This document shows, piece after piece, positions 25,141 to 35,331 of a DNA stretch of 46,670 nt. The notes beneath the pieces are model-generated. The model searched no databases and was not told the origin of the DNA. It was given only the letters and a program-made list of their open reading frames with translations. Position numbers and translations under genes: made by a program. Within the stretch, counting starts at the first letter, position 1. Each line of letters starts with the position of its first letter. Source of the DNA: Thermonemataceae bacterium (GTDB lineage: Bacteria; Bacteroidota; Bacteroidia; Cytophagales; Thermonemataceae). The stretch spans positions 1 to 46,670 of the forward strand of contig DAIQNQ010000004.1 in NCBI GenBank assembly GCA_036788275.1. Direction: 5' to 3'.

Positions 25141-27939
25141 TTAGTGTGCTTCCAGCCAGTTTTTGCCTACGCCTACTTCTACCTCCATGCGTACGGGCAG
25201 CGGCAGGGCTTGCTTCATGAGCATAGGAATGTGCTTCTTGAGGATTTCGACCTCGCTTTGGGGCGCATCAAAGACCAATTCATCGTGAACCTGTAAAATC
25301 ATCTTGCTTTGCAGCTTTTCTTCTTTGAGCCAGCGATGAATACGAATCATGGCAATTTTAATCATATCGGCAGCCGTACCTTGAATCGGCGTATTTACAG
25401 CATTGCGCTCGGCGTGTCCGCGCATTACTTGGTTGCGCTCGTTGATTTCGCGCAGGTAGCGCCTTCTGCCCAAATAGGTTTCTACATACTCTTGGGTACG
25501 GGCACGCTGTATCATCTCTTCCTTGTACTTCTTTACTGCCGCAAACTCCTTGTAATACACATCTATCAGCTCTTTGGCTGCCGATACCGACATGCCCAGC
25601 TGCGCCGAGAGATTGAAGGCGGAGCTTCCGTAGAGGATAGAGAAGTTGGCTGTTTTGGCCATACGGCGCATATCGGGCTGTACGTCTTCTACGGCTACTT
25701 TATAGATTTTGGCGGCGGTAGTGGCGTGGATGTCGTAGCCCTTCTCGAAGGCTTCGAGCATGGTTTCGTCGCCGCTGAAAGCCGCCATGAGGCGAAGCTC
25801 TATCTGCGAGTAGTCGGCAGATACAATCACATTTTCGGGTGAAGAGGGGATAAAAGCCCTGCGAATCTCCCTGCCTTTGGCCGTTTTGATGGGGATATTT
25901 TGGAGATTCGGATTCGTGGAGCTGAGCCTTCCGGTGGCCGTTACGGCTTGGTTGTAAGAGGTGTGAATTTTGCGGTCTATGGGCGAGAGCAAAGCGGGCA
26001 GCGCATCTATATAGGTGGATTTGAGCTTTTGCAGCTCTCTGATTTCGAGAATATCCCTCACGATTTCGTGCTCTCCGGCCAGCTTGCTGAGCACCTCTTC
26101 GCCAGTGGCATATTGGCCTGTCTTGGTTTTTTTGGCTTCTTTTACCAATTTCAATTTATCAAAAAGCACCTCGCCAAGCTGCTTGGGTGAGGCAATATTG
26201 AAGGTAGCGCCTGCCAAGGTGTAGATTTTTTGTTCCAATACGGCAATATCTGCCTCAAAAACTTTAGAAGATTCGGCCAAGGCAGCCTCATCAATGGCCA
26301 CGCCATGGCGCTCCATCGTGGCCAGTACCTCTACCAAGGGCATTTCTACTTCTTCAAATATCTTTTTCAGCTTGTCTTCTTTGTGCAGCATCGGCGCAAA
26401 TTGCTTTTGAAGCTGAAAGGTAATATCGGCATCTTCGGCGGCATACTCGGCGATTTCGGCCAAGGGCACATCGCGCATACTGCCCTGATGCTTGCCTTTT
26501 TTACCAATGAGCGTTTCGATACTCAAGGGGCTGTAATGCAGGTATTGCTCGGCCAGAAAATCCATATTGTGGCGGCCGTCGGGCTGCAAAAGGTAATGCG
26601 CCAGCATGGTATCGAAGAGTGCGCCTTTTACCTCTACGCCATAATTGGCCAAGATGGTAAGGTCGTATTTCAGGTTTTGTCCTATTTTGGTGATTTTCTC
26701 ATTGGCAAAAAGCGGCTTCAGCTCCTCCCAAAGGAGCAGCGCAGCCTCTCGCTCCGCCGGAAAGGGAATATAATAAGCCTCTTGCGGGTAATAAGCCAAG
26801 GCCAAACCCACGATTTCGGCCTCCAGAGCTTCCAGTGAGGTGGTTTCGGTATCGAAGCAGAAGAGCTCTTGCTGTCCAAGCAGTTGCAGGAGCATTTGCC
26901 TTTTTTCGGGACTGTCTATGATGTGGTATTGGTGCAGAGTATTGTGGATGTTGCGCAGCGCGCTTGGTTCGGGGGCGGCTTGGTCTTCGGCCTCCTCCTC
27001 AGCGCCACCGAAGAGGCCGAGTTGGGCTTCTTGCTTGGCGGTAGCTTTGCGCACCGCCTTTTTTTCGGCATCTTCTCCAATAATTCTCTTTTTGAGGGTA
27101 TGAAACTCCAGCTCATCGAAGAGAGTGCTAAGCTTCTCCTTATCGAAAGGTACATAGCGCAAGGCCTCCTCCTCGAAGGCGATGGGCACTTGGATATCAA
27201 TAGTGGCCAATTGCTTGCAAAGGATGGCCTGTTGGCCGTATTGCAACACATTTTCTTTGAGCTTGCCGGAGAGCTGCTCGGCGTGGGCAATGAGATTTTC
27301 TACGCTCTCGTATTCTTCGATGAGCTTTTGGGCAGTTTTTTCGCCGATGCCCGGAATGCCCGGGATATTGTCCACGGCATCGCCTTGTAAGCCCAAAATA
27401 TCTGTTACTTGTTCTATTTTTTTTATTTTGAATTTTTCGAGGGCTTGGGGCACGCCCCACACTTCGTTGGGAGCAAACTTGGTGGCCGGACGAAACATAA
27501 AAATACGCTCCGAGAGCAGCTGGCAATAGTCTTTGTCGGAGGTCATCATATATACCTCAAAGCCTTCCTGCTCGGCTTTTTTGGCCAAAGTACCGATAAT
27601 ATCGTCGGCTTCGTAGCCCGGCTTTACAAGAATAGGAATGTTGAGCGCTTCTACCAAGCGATAAATATAAGGAATGGCCGTCGTAATGGCCTCGGGTTGC
27701 TCTTGGCGATTGGCTTTGTAGGCTTCGTATTGCTCGTGGCGAAAGGTAGGTGCCGAGGTATCGAAGGCCACGCCGAGGTGGGTCGGTTTTTCTTTTTTGA
27801 TAATTTCCCAAAGCGCATTCATAAAGCCAAAGACGGCACTGGTATCCATACCCTGCGAGGTGCGCCGAGGATTGTTGATAAAGGCATAATGCGCCCGATA
27901 AATAATGGCAAGGGCATCTACAAGAAAAAGTTTGTTCAT
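25141..27939 (-). CDS. polA: DNA polymerase I
   Basis: 5-prime nuclease N-terminus (LFLVDALAIIYRAHYA), 3-5 exonuclease region, and polymerase motifs DYSQIELR and QVHDELV. 932 aa. Confidence 0.98.
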   Translation of the reverse strand: MNKLFLVDALAIIYRAHYAFINNPRRTSQGMDTSAVFGFMNALWEIIKKEKPTHLGVAFDTSAPTFRHEQYEAYKANRQEQPEAITTAIPYIYRLVEALNIPILVKPGYEADDIIGTLAKKAEQEGFEVYMMTSDKDYCQLLSERIFMFRPATKFAPNEVWGVPQALEKFKIKKIEQVTDILGLQGDAVDNIPGIPGIGEKTAQKLIEEYESVENLIAHAEQLSGKLKENVLQYGQQAILCKQLATIDIQVPIAFEEEALRYVPFDKEKLSTLFDELEFHTLKKRIIGEDAEKKAVRKATAKQEAQLGLFGGAEEEAEDQAAPEPSALRNIHNTLHQYHIIDSPEKRQMLLQLLGQQELFCFDTETTSLEALEAEIVGLALAYYPQEAYYIPFPAEREAALLLWEELKPLFANEKITKIGQNLKYDLTILANYGVEVKGALFDTMLAHYLLQPDGRHNMDFLAEQYLHYSPLSIETLIGKKGKHQGSMRDVPLAEIAEYAAEDADITFQLQKQFAPMLHKEDKLKKIFEEVEMPLVEVLATMERHGVAIDEAALAESSKVFEADIAVLEQKIYTLAGATFNIASPKQLGEVLFDKLKLVKEAKKTKTGQYATGEEVLSKLAGEHEIVRDILEIRELQKLKSTYIDALPALLSPIDRKIHTSYNQAVTATGRLSSTNPNLQNIPIKTAKGREIRRAFIPSSPENVIVSADYSQIELRLMAAFSGDETMLEAFEKGYDIHATTAAKIYKVAVEDVQPDMRRMAKTANFSILYGSSAFNLSAQLGMSVSAAKELIDVYYKEFAAVKKYKEEMIQRARTQEYVETYLGRRRYLREINERNQVMRGHAERNAVNTPIQGTAADMIKIAMIRIHRWLKEEKLQSKMILQVHDELVFDAPQSEVEILKKHIPMLMKQALPLPVRMEVEVGVGKNWLEAH

Positions 27940-27949
27940 GGGAAAAGAT

Positions 27950-28813
27950 TTAATTGATATTTGTCAAAGCTCTGGCGGCGCTGGTACCGAGGTGCTTTAC
28001 CAATATTTTTTGGTATTCGGGCTTGCTTTTGAAGGCGGCCTTGCCTGTGAGAAACTCCTCCCAAAGGGGCAGCCAATCGCTCTCCAAAGGCAAGATAATG
28101 CCCAAAGGACTGGTTTTGATGTCGGCTATGGCGTGGCGCTTGATGGGCTTTTTGTCTTGGGAAGCATCTACATAAAAGAGAAAATCTATGCGGGTGAAAG
28201 ACTTGGGGTCGTCGAGGGTTTTGCTAATCAGCTCGTTGGGATTGCTCACGTATTCAATGTTGAGCTCCGGAAAGTGCCTGCGCTTGATATCAAGCAGCTC
28301 AGCCTCTTGGGTAGAGTTGCGCAGGGCGTAGGCTTTCATGCCCTTAAAGGTTTCGGCGATATTGGCAATGCTTTCCAAATCTGGGGCTTTGCTATTGCTG
28401 ATCAGCACCGAGAGGTTGTCTATATAAGGTGGCGTAAAGGCAATAGCCTTCTTGCGCTCTCCGGTAATGGTTATTGGCCCGAGGCCAAATACGCCTCCTT
28501 TGGCATTTTTGATGGTATTGAGGAAGATGCTGAAATCTTCTGTTTTTTTCTGGAGGCTGACTTTTATCTTGACATTGCGGCTTTTTTGGAGGTAGCTGAC
28601 AAACTCTCGCAAGATGTCAATACAAATGCCATCTAAGCGCCCTTCAGCGTTTTTATAAACGAAATTGGGCGTTTCGAGGTAAGATATCACGATAGTACCT
28701 TCTTTGTTTTTTTCGATATTCGACCAGCTGTCGCCGGAGAGTATCTGTGCGCCCAGCCCTCCGGAGTAGCACAAGGCCAAGGCCAATAAGCAAGCGTATT
28801 TGTAGGCTTTCAT
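27950..28813 (-). CDS. Periplasmic substrate-binding protein (SBP_bac_3 / PBP2-like fold)
   Basis: Signal peptide MKAYKYACLLALALCYSGGLGAQ. The pattern YLETPNFVYKNAEGRLDGICIDIL is typical of amino-acid-type solute-binding domains. Its stop is 10 nt upstream of the polA start. Confidence 0.75.
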   Translation of the reverse strand: MKAYKYACLLALALCYSGGLGAQILSGDSWSNIEKNKEGTIVISYLETPNFVYKNAEGRLDGICIDILREFVSYLQKSRNVKIKVSLQKKTEDFSIFLNTIKNAKGGVFGLGPITITGERKKAIAFTPPYIDNLSVLISNSKAPDLESIANIAETFKGMKAYALRNSTQEAELLDIKRRHFPELNIEYVSNPNELISKTLDDPKSFTRIDFLFYVDASQDKKPIKRHAIADIKTSPLGIILPLESDWLPLWEEFLTGKAAFKSKPEYQKILVKHLGTSAARALTNIN

Positions 28814-28894
28814 ATCTATCAGAGTATTTTCCGAAATTTACTAAATTTCGTGGAGTAAAACTCAGTGATGTTGCCAAAAACAAATCATAAGTGC

Positions 28895-28902
28895 CAAAAA
28901 TA
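28895..28902 (-). promoter_or_regulatory. Bacteroidota -7 promoter box TATTTTTG
   Basis: Matches TAnnTTTG on the minus strand, 82 nt upstream of ATG 28813. Confidence 0.3.
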
Positions 28903-29025
28903 GGGGAGGGAAGATGGCTTAACCTCATTTAGAAAAAATCTTTACAAAAGAGCAAGTGAATCTTTCCAAACGACGTACTCTTTGCTTTAGAAGGTATTTT
29001 TGTAGTGCTGTACAAAAATAATCAG

Positions 29026-29033
29026 TACCTTTG
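29026..29033 (+). promoter_or_regulatory. Bacteroidota -7 promoter box TACCTTTG
   Basis: Exact TAnnTTTG 38 nt upstream of ATG 29071. Confidence 0.4.
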
Positions 29034-29070
29034 CGAGGGTATTTTTCCAAATTTATTTTCTTCCTTTCCC

Positions 29071-29688
29071 ATGAAATTATTCTTCTCTTTGCTTTGCTGT
29101 GGCCTTTTGTGGGCGGGCAGCTTGTCGGCCCAAGACAAAGAAAAAGTGGTAAAGCAGCTCAGCGATGCTGCCTGCGAATGTATCAATCGTAAATACAAAG
29201 AAGCTATCGACCCGCAAAGCCTGAGTATGGAAAGCCTAATGGAGAGCTGCGTGGTAGAGGCCTTTCTCGAAAATATTGAGCTGATTATGACAGAAGCTCC
29301 CGACATCCTCTCTGACGAGGCGGCGGGCGAAAAGCTCGGCATGGAAATCGGCATGCGCTTGCTCAAAGATTGTAAAACCCTGATGGAAGTAGCCAAAAAT
29401 AGTGCTCTTTCCCCGCAAGAGTTTGCTGAAGACAATGCGCTCCGCAGCGTGGGTACTTTCAAAAAAGTAGAAAACAAAGGCTACCAAACCCTGGTGTTGC
29501 TGACCGATGGCAAAGAAGAGCGCTTTTTGATACTCCAAAAGTTTGAGGGCTATGAGCAGCTCCTTGGCCAAGAGAAGGCACTCTCCGGCAAAAAAGTAAG
29601 CGTAGAGTGGGAGGAGCAAGAGCTCTACCAGCCTAAAAGCAAGGGCTTTGTAAAGCAAAAAGTAGTGCTCAGTTTCCGTTTAGATTAG
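29071..29688 (+). CDS. Secreted hypothetical protein, 205 aa
   Basis: Signal peptide MKLFFSLLCCGLLWAGSLSAQ. No recognisable family. Confidence 0.7.
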   Translation: MKLFFSLLCCGLLWAGSLSAQDKEKVVKQLSDAACECINRKYKEAIDPQSLSMESLMESCVVEAFLENIELIMTEAPDILSDEAAGEKLGMEIGMRLLKDCKTLMEVAKNSALSPQEFAEDNALRSVGTFKKVENKGYQTLVLLTDGKEERFLILQKFEGYEQLLGQEKALSGKKVSVEWEEQELYQPKSKGFVKQKVVLSFRLD

Positions 29689-29714
29689 TAGTTTTTCTGC
29701 CTTTTTCTGTATAT

Positions 29715-30485
29715 ATGTTTAGTACCACCGAAATCACCTCTGCGGAGCTGCTCTCCGACAATCCCCTGCACCAGCGTCTCCTCTTCGCCTATATTGCGGC
29801 CAGCCAACTGCTGAGTGGCGAAGTGCTTGAAGTAGGCTGTGGCGTAGGACGCGGCTTGGAGGCTATCTTACAACATTGCCAAACATACACGGCTATTGAT
29901 AAAAATGAGGCGCTCATTGCGCAGCTTCAAGAAGAATATCCCCAGCACCGCTTTTTGGCGCAGCATATTCCACCCTTCAAGGATATACCCTCCGACCATT
30001 ACGACTTTGTCATCAGCTTTCAGGTGATAGAGCATATTCAGAATGATGAGCTTTTTGTGGCAGAAATCCAGCGCGTACTCAAGCCCGGTGGCAAGGCCAT
30101 TATCACTACGCCCAATCGCCGTTGGTCGCTTACCCGCAATCCTTGGCACATCCGCGAATATACAGAGACAGAGCTACAAGCACTTTTTCAAAAGCACTTT
30201 GCGGTGATAGAGTGCAAGGGCGTAGCCGGTAACGATAAGGTGATGCGCTATTATGAAGAGAATAAAAAGTCGGTACAAAAATACAAGCGGCTCGACATCC
30301 TCCGTATGGAGCAGTGGCTGCCCAGCGCCCTGCTGCGTATCCCTTATGATATATTGAACCGTCTGAACCGTAAAAAGCTCCTACAGGCCGAACAAGGCCT
30401 TACGGCTGAGATTCGCCACGAAGACTACTTCCTCAGCCCGCAGGCAGCCCAGAGTTTGGATCTGTTTTATATTGCTACCAAATAG
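29715..30485 (+). CDS. Class I SAM-dependent methyltransferase
   Basis: Motif I VLEVGCGVGRG and post-I/II pattern DFVISFQVIEHI. 256 aa. Confidence 0.88.
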   Translation: MFSTTEITSAELLSDNPLHQRLLFAYIAASQLLSGEVLEVGCGVGRGLEAILQHCQTYTAIDKNEALIAQLQEEYPQHRFLAQHIPPFKDIPSDHYDFVISFQVIEHIQNDELFVAEIQRVLKPGGKAIITTPNRRWSLTRNPWHIREYTETELQALFQKHFAVIECKGVAGNDKVMRYYEENKKSVQKYKRLDILRMEQWLPSALLRIPYDILNRLNRKKLLQAEQGLTAEIRHEDYFLSPQAAQSLDLFYIATK

Positions 30486-30493
30486 CCGCTGCG

Positions 30494-31057
30494 TTATCGG
30501 CTCTTGGCCAAAGGAAAGCGCATACGGTAGTCGGCATCTGCCACACCCTTGCTGATATTGCTGAGCCTGCTCTTGAGCAAACGCTTCTTGAGTGGCGAAA
30601 GGTAATCTACAAAGAGTACCCCCTCGATATGGTCGTATTCGTGTTGGATAATGCGGGCGGCCATCCCGCTGTACTCCTCGGTATGCTCCTTCCATTGCTC
30701 GTCGTAGTAGCGGATTTTGAGTTTTTCGTAGCGGCTTACCCCCTCCCTTATGCCGGGAATACTCAAACAGCCCTCTTCCATATACCAAGTGTCGCCATTT
30801 TCTTCTAAGATGACCGGATTGATAAAAGCCTTCTTGAAGCCTTGTAGCAAAGGGTCTTCCTCATCGTATTTTTCGCCATCTACCACAAACAAGCGAATGC
30901 TCTTGCCAATCTGAGGGGCGGCCAAGCCTACGCCGGAGGCCTCGTACATGGTTTCAAACATATCGGCCACAAGCTGCGTCAGGTCTGTGCCTTGGGGAAT
31001 GTCTTCTGCTTTTTGCTTGAGCACCGGGTCGCCGTAGGCCACAATCGGATAAATCAT
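30494..31057 (-). CDS. def: Peptide deformylase
   Basis: GLAAPQIG, EGCLSIPG and QHEYDHIEG motifs. Confidence 0.96.
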   Translation of the reverse strand: MIYPIVAYGDPVLKQKAEDIPQGTDLTQLVADMFETMYEASGVGLAAPQIGKSIRLFVVDGEKYDEEDPLLQGFKKAFINPVILEENGDTWYMEEGCLSIPGIREGVSRYEKLKIRYYDEQWKEHTEEYSGMAARIIQHEYDHIEGVLFVDYLSPLKKRLLKSRLSNISKGVADADYRMRFPLAKSR

Positions 31058-31071
31058 ATTTATTGGAGAAA

Positions 31072-31491
31072 TTATAAGTTTGAAATACTTTCCATGTAAG
31101 ATTGCAAGATAATGGTAGCACTAATTTTGTCGAGGCGCGCCTTGTCGCGGCGGTCTTTCTTTTTGGTGCCTCCGGCAATCATTGTATCAAGTGCAATTTT
31201 ACTTGTAAAACGTTCATCTACGAGCTTTATGGGCATCTCAGGAAAAGCTTTCTCTAATTGTTTGATAAAAGCTTTTACGGGTGCGGTATTGTTCGTATCT
31301 TCGGTATTGAGTTTTTGGGGCATGCCTACCACCACAAGTTCTACGGCCTCTTGGGCAAAGTATTGCTGCAAATAGCGCAGTATCTCTTGGGCGGGCACGG
31401 TATCCAGAGCGGTAGCAATGATTTTGAGGGGGTCTGTAACAGCCACACCCACGCGCTTTGTACCATAATCTATCGCCAAAATTCTTCCCAT
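31072..31491 (-). CDS. ruvX: Holliday junction resolvase-like / pre-16S rRNA nuclease RuvX (YqgF)
   Basis: MGRILAIDYGTKRVGVAVTD N-terminus. Start set at ATG 31491 rather than 31512, because a -7 box occupies 31500-31507. Confidence 0.92.
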   Translation of the reverse strand: MGRILAIDYGTKRVGVAVTDPLKIIATALDTVPAQEILRYLQQYFAQEAVELVVVGMPQKLNTEDTNNTAPVKAFIKQLEKAFPEMPIKLVDERFTSKIALDTMIAGGTKKKDRRDKARLDKISATIILQSYMESISNL

Positions 31492-31499
31492 GTTTTTGG

Positions 31500-31507
31500 C
31501 AAAGATA
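31500..31507 (-). promoter_or_regulatory. Bacteroidota -7 promoter box TATCTTTG immediately upstream of ruvX
   Basis: Matches TAnnTTTG on the minus strand. Only 8 nt separate its last G from ATG 31491. Confidence 0.35.
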
Positions 31508-31670
31508 AGCAAATCGCTCGTAAGATTTTATGTTTTGGTTAATATTAAGTGCGCAGCGTGGAACTTATAAACATTTTTGATACTTTTACGTTCGATAGTA
31601 AAGCTATTGCAAGTACCATGCGTACAAAATTCAAGGCAATTTTTTAGCAGATTATTTTTCGACAAACCTC

Positions 31671-33929
31671 ATGAAAAGCTCACAAATACAAAGCATTGTA
31701 GTAAGATATGCGGAGCAAATTGGTCACGAATTTAATATTTTCGACCTCAAAGACAAGTTTAAGCAAGAACGTAGCTATGCTCTGAACGAGGTAGATCGTT
31801 TCATTCATGATATTCAGGAGACCTCCCTCAAAATCCAAATGACTTGCTTAGAAAAGCAAATCAAACCCGACGAGTTTCGAGATTTGCTTTCGCAGGCAGA
31901 GTTTCCGGTGCTTTTCTTTACTCAAAGCCAAAGTGGAGATTTGGAGGCGCTCATGGCTTACAAAAAAGACAATATGCTGGAAGGCTATTGCTTTGCTTCG
32001 CAAGATTACCTTGATGAAGACCAAATATCGCAGCGACTGCCTTATCTCATTACTTATCAGAATCATCCCGAAAAAGAGCGCAACGGCGATATTATCGTGC
32101 TTACCTTCTTCCCAATGAAGTATTTGGAAGAAGAGTCCTTCAAAGATAGCGACAGCTTCAAGAAGCTTACCCCGCTGCGTCGTTTTTTCAAGCTCTTGAG
32201 GGAGGAGCGGAAAGACATCTTTTATGTGTATGTATATGCCATTATAGTAGGTTTTATCAGCTTGAGCTTGCCTTTGGGTATTCAGGCCATCGTGGGGCTT
32301 ATTTCGGGTGGCATGATTTTCAGCTCCGTAGTGGTACTTATTTCTTTGGTGGTGATTGGGGTGGTCATTGCCGGAGGCTTGCAGATTATGCAGCTTACCT
32401 TGGTCGAGATTCTCCAACAACGGGTTTTTGCCAAAGCAGCCTTCGAGTATATCTTCAGGATTGTACGTATCAAGCCCGATGAGCTGCAGAAGTACCATCC
32501 ACCGGAGTTGATGAACCGTTTTTTTGACATTCTCACAGTACAAAAAGGGCTGCCTAAGCTCTTGGTAGAGATTACCGGAGCGCTTATTCAAATTATTTTT
32601 GGGCTTACGCTTTTGGCGCTCTATCATCCTTCTTTCTTGGTTTTTGCCTTTTTTGTTGCGGCAGTTTTAGTGGTTATCTTGTATTATACTAGTCCTAAAG
32701 GACTTGATGCAAGTCTGAAAGAGTCGAAGTTTAAGTACAAAATAGCGCATTGGCTTCAAGAAGTGGCACGCAACGTAAACAGCTTCCGCTTGGCAGGTAC
32801 TACGGGGCTGCCTCTGGAGAAGATGGACAAATACGTAAATAGCTACTTGTACTACCGCAAGGCACACTTCCGCATACTGCTTACACAGTTTGCCAGTATT
32901 GTAGCCTTCAAAACCATTATTACGGGAGGGCTTTTGGTAATAGGTACTTTGTTGGTAGTGGACAAGCAAATCAGCTTGGGGCAGTTTGTAGCCTCAGAAG
33001 TAATCATTATTCTGGTCGTAACTTCCGTAGAAAAGCTTATTATCAGTATGGATACCATTTATGACCTTCTCACTGCCGTAGAAAAAATCGCCAATGTAAC
33101 CGACCTTCCTTTAGAAAAGCAAACGGGCATCAGCAGAGAGTGGGCTGAGGAAAAAGACGGCCTGAGTCTGCAAGTAAAAGACCTGAAATTCAGATACAAC
33201 AAGTCGAGCGACTATGTATTGAAAGGTATTGATTTAGACATACATTCAGGGGAGCGTCTCTGCTTGGTGGGTGGCGGCGGTGCCGGCAAACACACACTTA
33301 TCAAGATTTTATTGGGGCTGCAGCTTGATTATAACGGTAGCGTAAGCATCAACCAGAGCTCCATACGCGACTTGAGTCCGATTAGTCTCCGCGAAGCCAT
33401 CAACAACAACTTTACTACCGACGAAATATTTGCAGGCTCTATCCTCGAAAATATCACCATGGGGCGCGTAGGTATCAGCTATAAAGATGTGATGTGGGCA
33501 CTTGAAAAAACCGGTCTCAAGGATTTTGTAGATGCTCTGCCCGAAGGTCTTAATACAGAGCTGATTGCCGAAGGGCGAGAACTCTCCATAAGCCATGCCC
33601 ACAGGCTCATTTTGGCGCGTTGTATCGTGAGCAAGCCACGCTTGCTGGTAATAAATGACCATTTTCAGGAAATTGAAATATCAGAAAAGGTGAAACTTCT
33701 CAACTTCCTGCACGACAAATCAAACCCTTGGACGCTCCTCACTGTTTCTACCGATTTGCTTTTCATCAGTAAAGCAGAGCGCATTGTATTTATGGAGGAA
33801 GGCCTGATAAGCCACCAAGGAAGCTACAATGATATGCTGCAAGTAGAAAGTTTCCGTAACTTGCTCAACGAAGGCAGCGGACTATCCGAAGCATTCAAAA
33901 ATATTCCGCCTCCTAAAAATGAAGGCTAA
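31671..33929 (+). CDS. ABC exporter (type I exporter TMD + NBD) with an N-terminal C39-like domain; NBD catalytic motifs are degenerate
   Basis: 752 aa with three parts:
- An N-terminal ~170-aa cytoplasmic domain.
- Six predicted TM helices (aa ~185-470).
- A C-terminal NBD with GGGGAGKHT in place of Walker A, LSISH in place of LSGGQ, and LLVIND in place of the Walker B hhhhDE. Confidence 0.88.
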   Translation: MKSSQIQSIVVRYAEQIGHEFNIFDLKDKFKQERSYALNEVDRFIHDIQETSLKIQMTCLEKQIKPDEFRDLLSQAEFPVLFFTQSQSGDLEALMAYKKDNMLEGYCFASQDYLDEDQISQRLPYLITYQNHPEKERNGDIIVLTFFPMKYLEEESFKDSDSFKKLTPLRRFFKLLREERKDIFYVYVYAIIVGFISLSLPLGIQAIVGLISGGMIFSSVVVLISLVVIGVVIAGGLQIMQLTLVEILQQRVFAKAAFEYIFRIVRIKPDELQKYHPPELMNRFFDILTVQKGLPKLLVEITGALIQIIFGLTLLALYHPSFLVFAFFVAAVLVVILYYTSPKGLDASLKESKFKYKIAHWLQEVARNVNSFRLAGTTGLPLEKMDKYVNSYLYYRKAHFRILLTQFASIVAFKTIITGGLLVIGTLLVVDKQISLGQFVASEVIIILVVTSVEKLIISMDTIYDLLTAVEKIANVTDLPLEKQTGISREWAEEKDGLSLQVKDLKFRYNKSSDYVLKGIDLDIHSGERLCLVGGGGAGKHTLIKILLGLQLDYNGSVSINQSSIRDLSPISLREAINNNFTTDEIFAGSILENITMGRVGISYKDVMWALEKTGLKDFVDALPEGLNTELIAEGRELSISHAHRLILARCIVSKPRLLVINDHFQEIEISEKVKLLNFLHDKSNPWTLLTVSTDLLFISKAERIVFMEEGLISHQGSYNDMLQVESFRNLLNEGSGLSEAFKNIPPPKNEG

Positions 33930-33964
33930 AATTTCTTGTCTATAACCTTATTCTTGATTGAATT

Positions 33965-35326
33965 ATGCTGGGTATATCCAAAGACCAAGTAAACATGGAG
34001 GTTGTCAAAAAGAAGGTGTACTCCATGAAGCTCCTCCAAACTCCCAAAACAGGCAAAACATTGGCCTATTGGCTAATTGGCATCTCTGTATTTGGTTTTT
34101 TCTGCTTGTTCCTTCCTTGGCAGCAAAATATTGAAGGTACCGGAATGGTTACGGCGCTTGCCCCACAAGACCGCCCCCAAGATGTACCGGCTATTATTGC
34201 CGGAAGAATCAAGTCTTGGCGTGTGCAAGAAGGCGAGTTTATTACTGCCGGAGATACCATCTTGGTATTAGATGAGATTAAAGCAGAATACTTTGACCCT
34301 GAGCAGCTCCTCAGGCTCTCGGAGCAGGTAGATGCCAAAGGAGAAGCCATTGTGGCAATCAAAAACAATATCAAAGCCATCGAAGTACGTATCGGTGCGC
34401 TTAAAGATGGCCTAAGCCTTAGCTTGGACAAAGCCCGTAACAAAGTGCAGCAAACACGCCTGAAAGTAACCAGCGATAGTGCCAACTACGAAGCCGAAAA
34501 AATACAGCTACTCACCATTACCGACCAGTTTGAGCGTTCCAAAAAGCTCTTTGCACAAGGCAACTTATCGCAAAACGAATTCCAGCGCCGCGAGCTGGCC
34601 TTCCAAGACCGCAAAGCTAAGATTGTAGATGCAGAAGCCAAGTTTCTGGCCTCTCGCCAAGAGTACTTTAACTCTCTTATTGAGCTAAACTCTCTGAGAG
34701 CCGATTATATGGACAAAATCTTTAAGGCTGAGTCAGACAAAAACTCTTACCAAACATACCTCGCCTCTTCGCAGGGCGATTTGGCGCTCACCCGCAACAA
34801 ATACTCTAACTTGGTAATTCGTAATGACCAATACTACATTCTTGCCCCCCAAGACGGCTACATCATCAAGGCGCTGCGTGCTGGCCTTGGCGAAACAGTA
34901 AAAGAAGGAGAGTCCGTAGTAACCATACAGCCCGCTGAGCCTCGCAAAGCCGTAGAGTTGTATATCCGTCCGATGGACATACCACTCATCTCCAAAGGGC
35001 GACATGTACGTATGGAGTTTGATGGTTGGCCTGCTTTGCAGTTCTCGGGCTGGCCCAGCGTAAGTGTAGGTACTTTTGGAGGACGCGTAGCTGTGATAGA
35101 CAAGACCATCAGCGCTAACGGAAAGTTTAGAATATTGGTAGTACCCGACGAAAAGGATGAGCCTTGGCCGGAGCAAATACAACTCGGCTCAGGTGTATAT
35201 GGCTGGACGATGTTGGACGATGTACCTATCTGGTTCGAGATTTGGCGACAATTCAATGGCTTCCCACCCAACCTGAACCAAGCACCGGAGGATGAAAGCA
35301 AACAGAAAACCACCAAAGCCAAATAA
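33965..35326 (+). CDS. HlyD-family periplasmic adaptor (membrane fusion) protein
   Basis: Four parts are visible:
- An N-terminal TM anchor (WLIGISVFGFFCLFL).
- A lipoyl-like hairpin (AGRIKSWRVQEGEFITAGDTILVLD).
- A long coiled-coil.
- A beta-barrel C-terminus. Confidence 0.88.
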   Translation: MLGISKDQVNMEVVKKKVYSMKLLQTPKTGKTLAYWLIGISVFGFFCLFLPWQQNIEGTGMVTALAPQDRPQDVPAIIAGRIKSWRVQEGEFITAGDTILVLDEIKAEYFDPEQLLRLSEQVDAKGEAIVAIKNNIKAIEVRIGALKDGLSLSLDKARNKVQQTRLKVTSDSANYEAEKIQLLTITDQFERSKKLFAQGNLSQNEFQRRELAFQDRKAKIVDAEAKFLASRQEYFNSLIELNSLRADYMDKIFKAESDKNSYQTYLASSQGDLALTRNKYSNLVIRNDQYYILAPQDGYIIKALRAGLGETVKEGESVVTIQPAEPRKAVELYIRPMDIPLISKGRHVRMEFDGWPALQFSGWPSVSVGTFGGRVAVIDKTISANGKFRILVVPDEKDEPWPEQIQLGSGVYGWTMLDDVPIWFEIWRQFNGFPPNLNQAPEDESKQKTTKAK

Positions 35327-35331
35327 TATGC

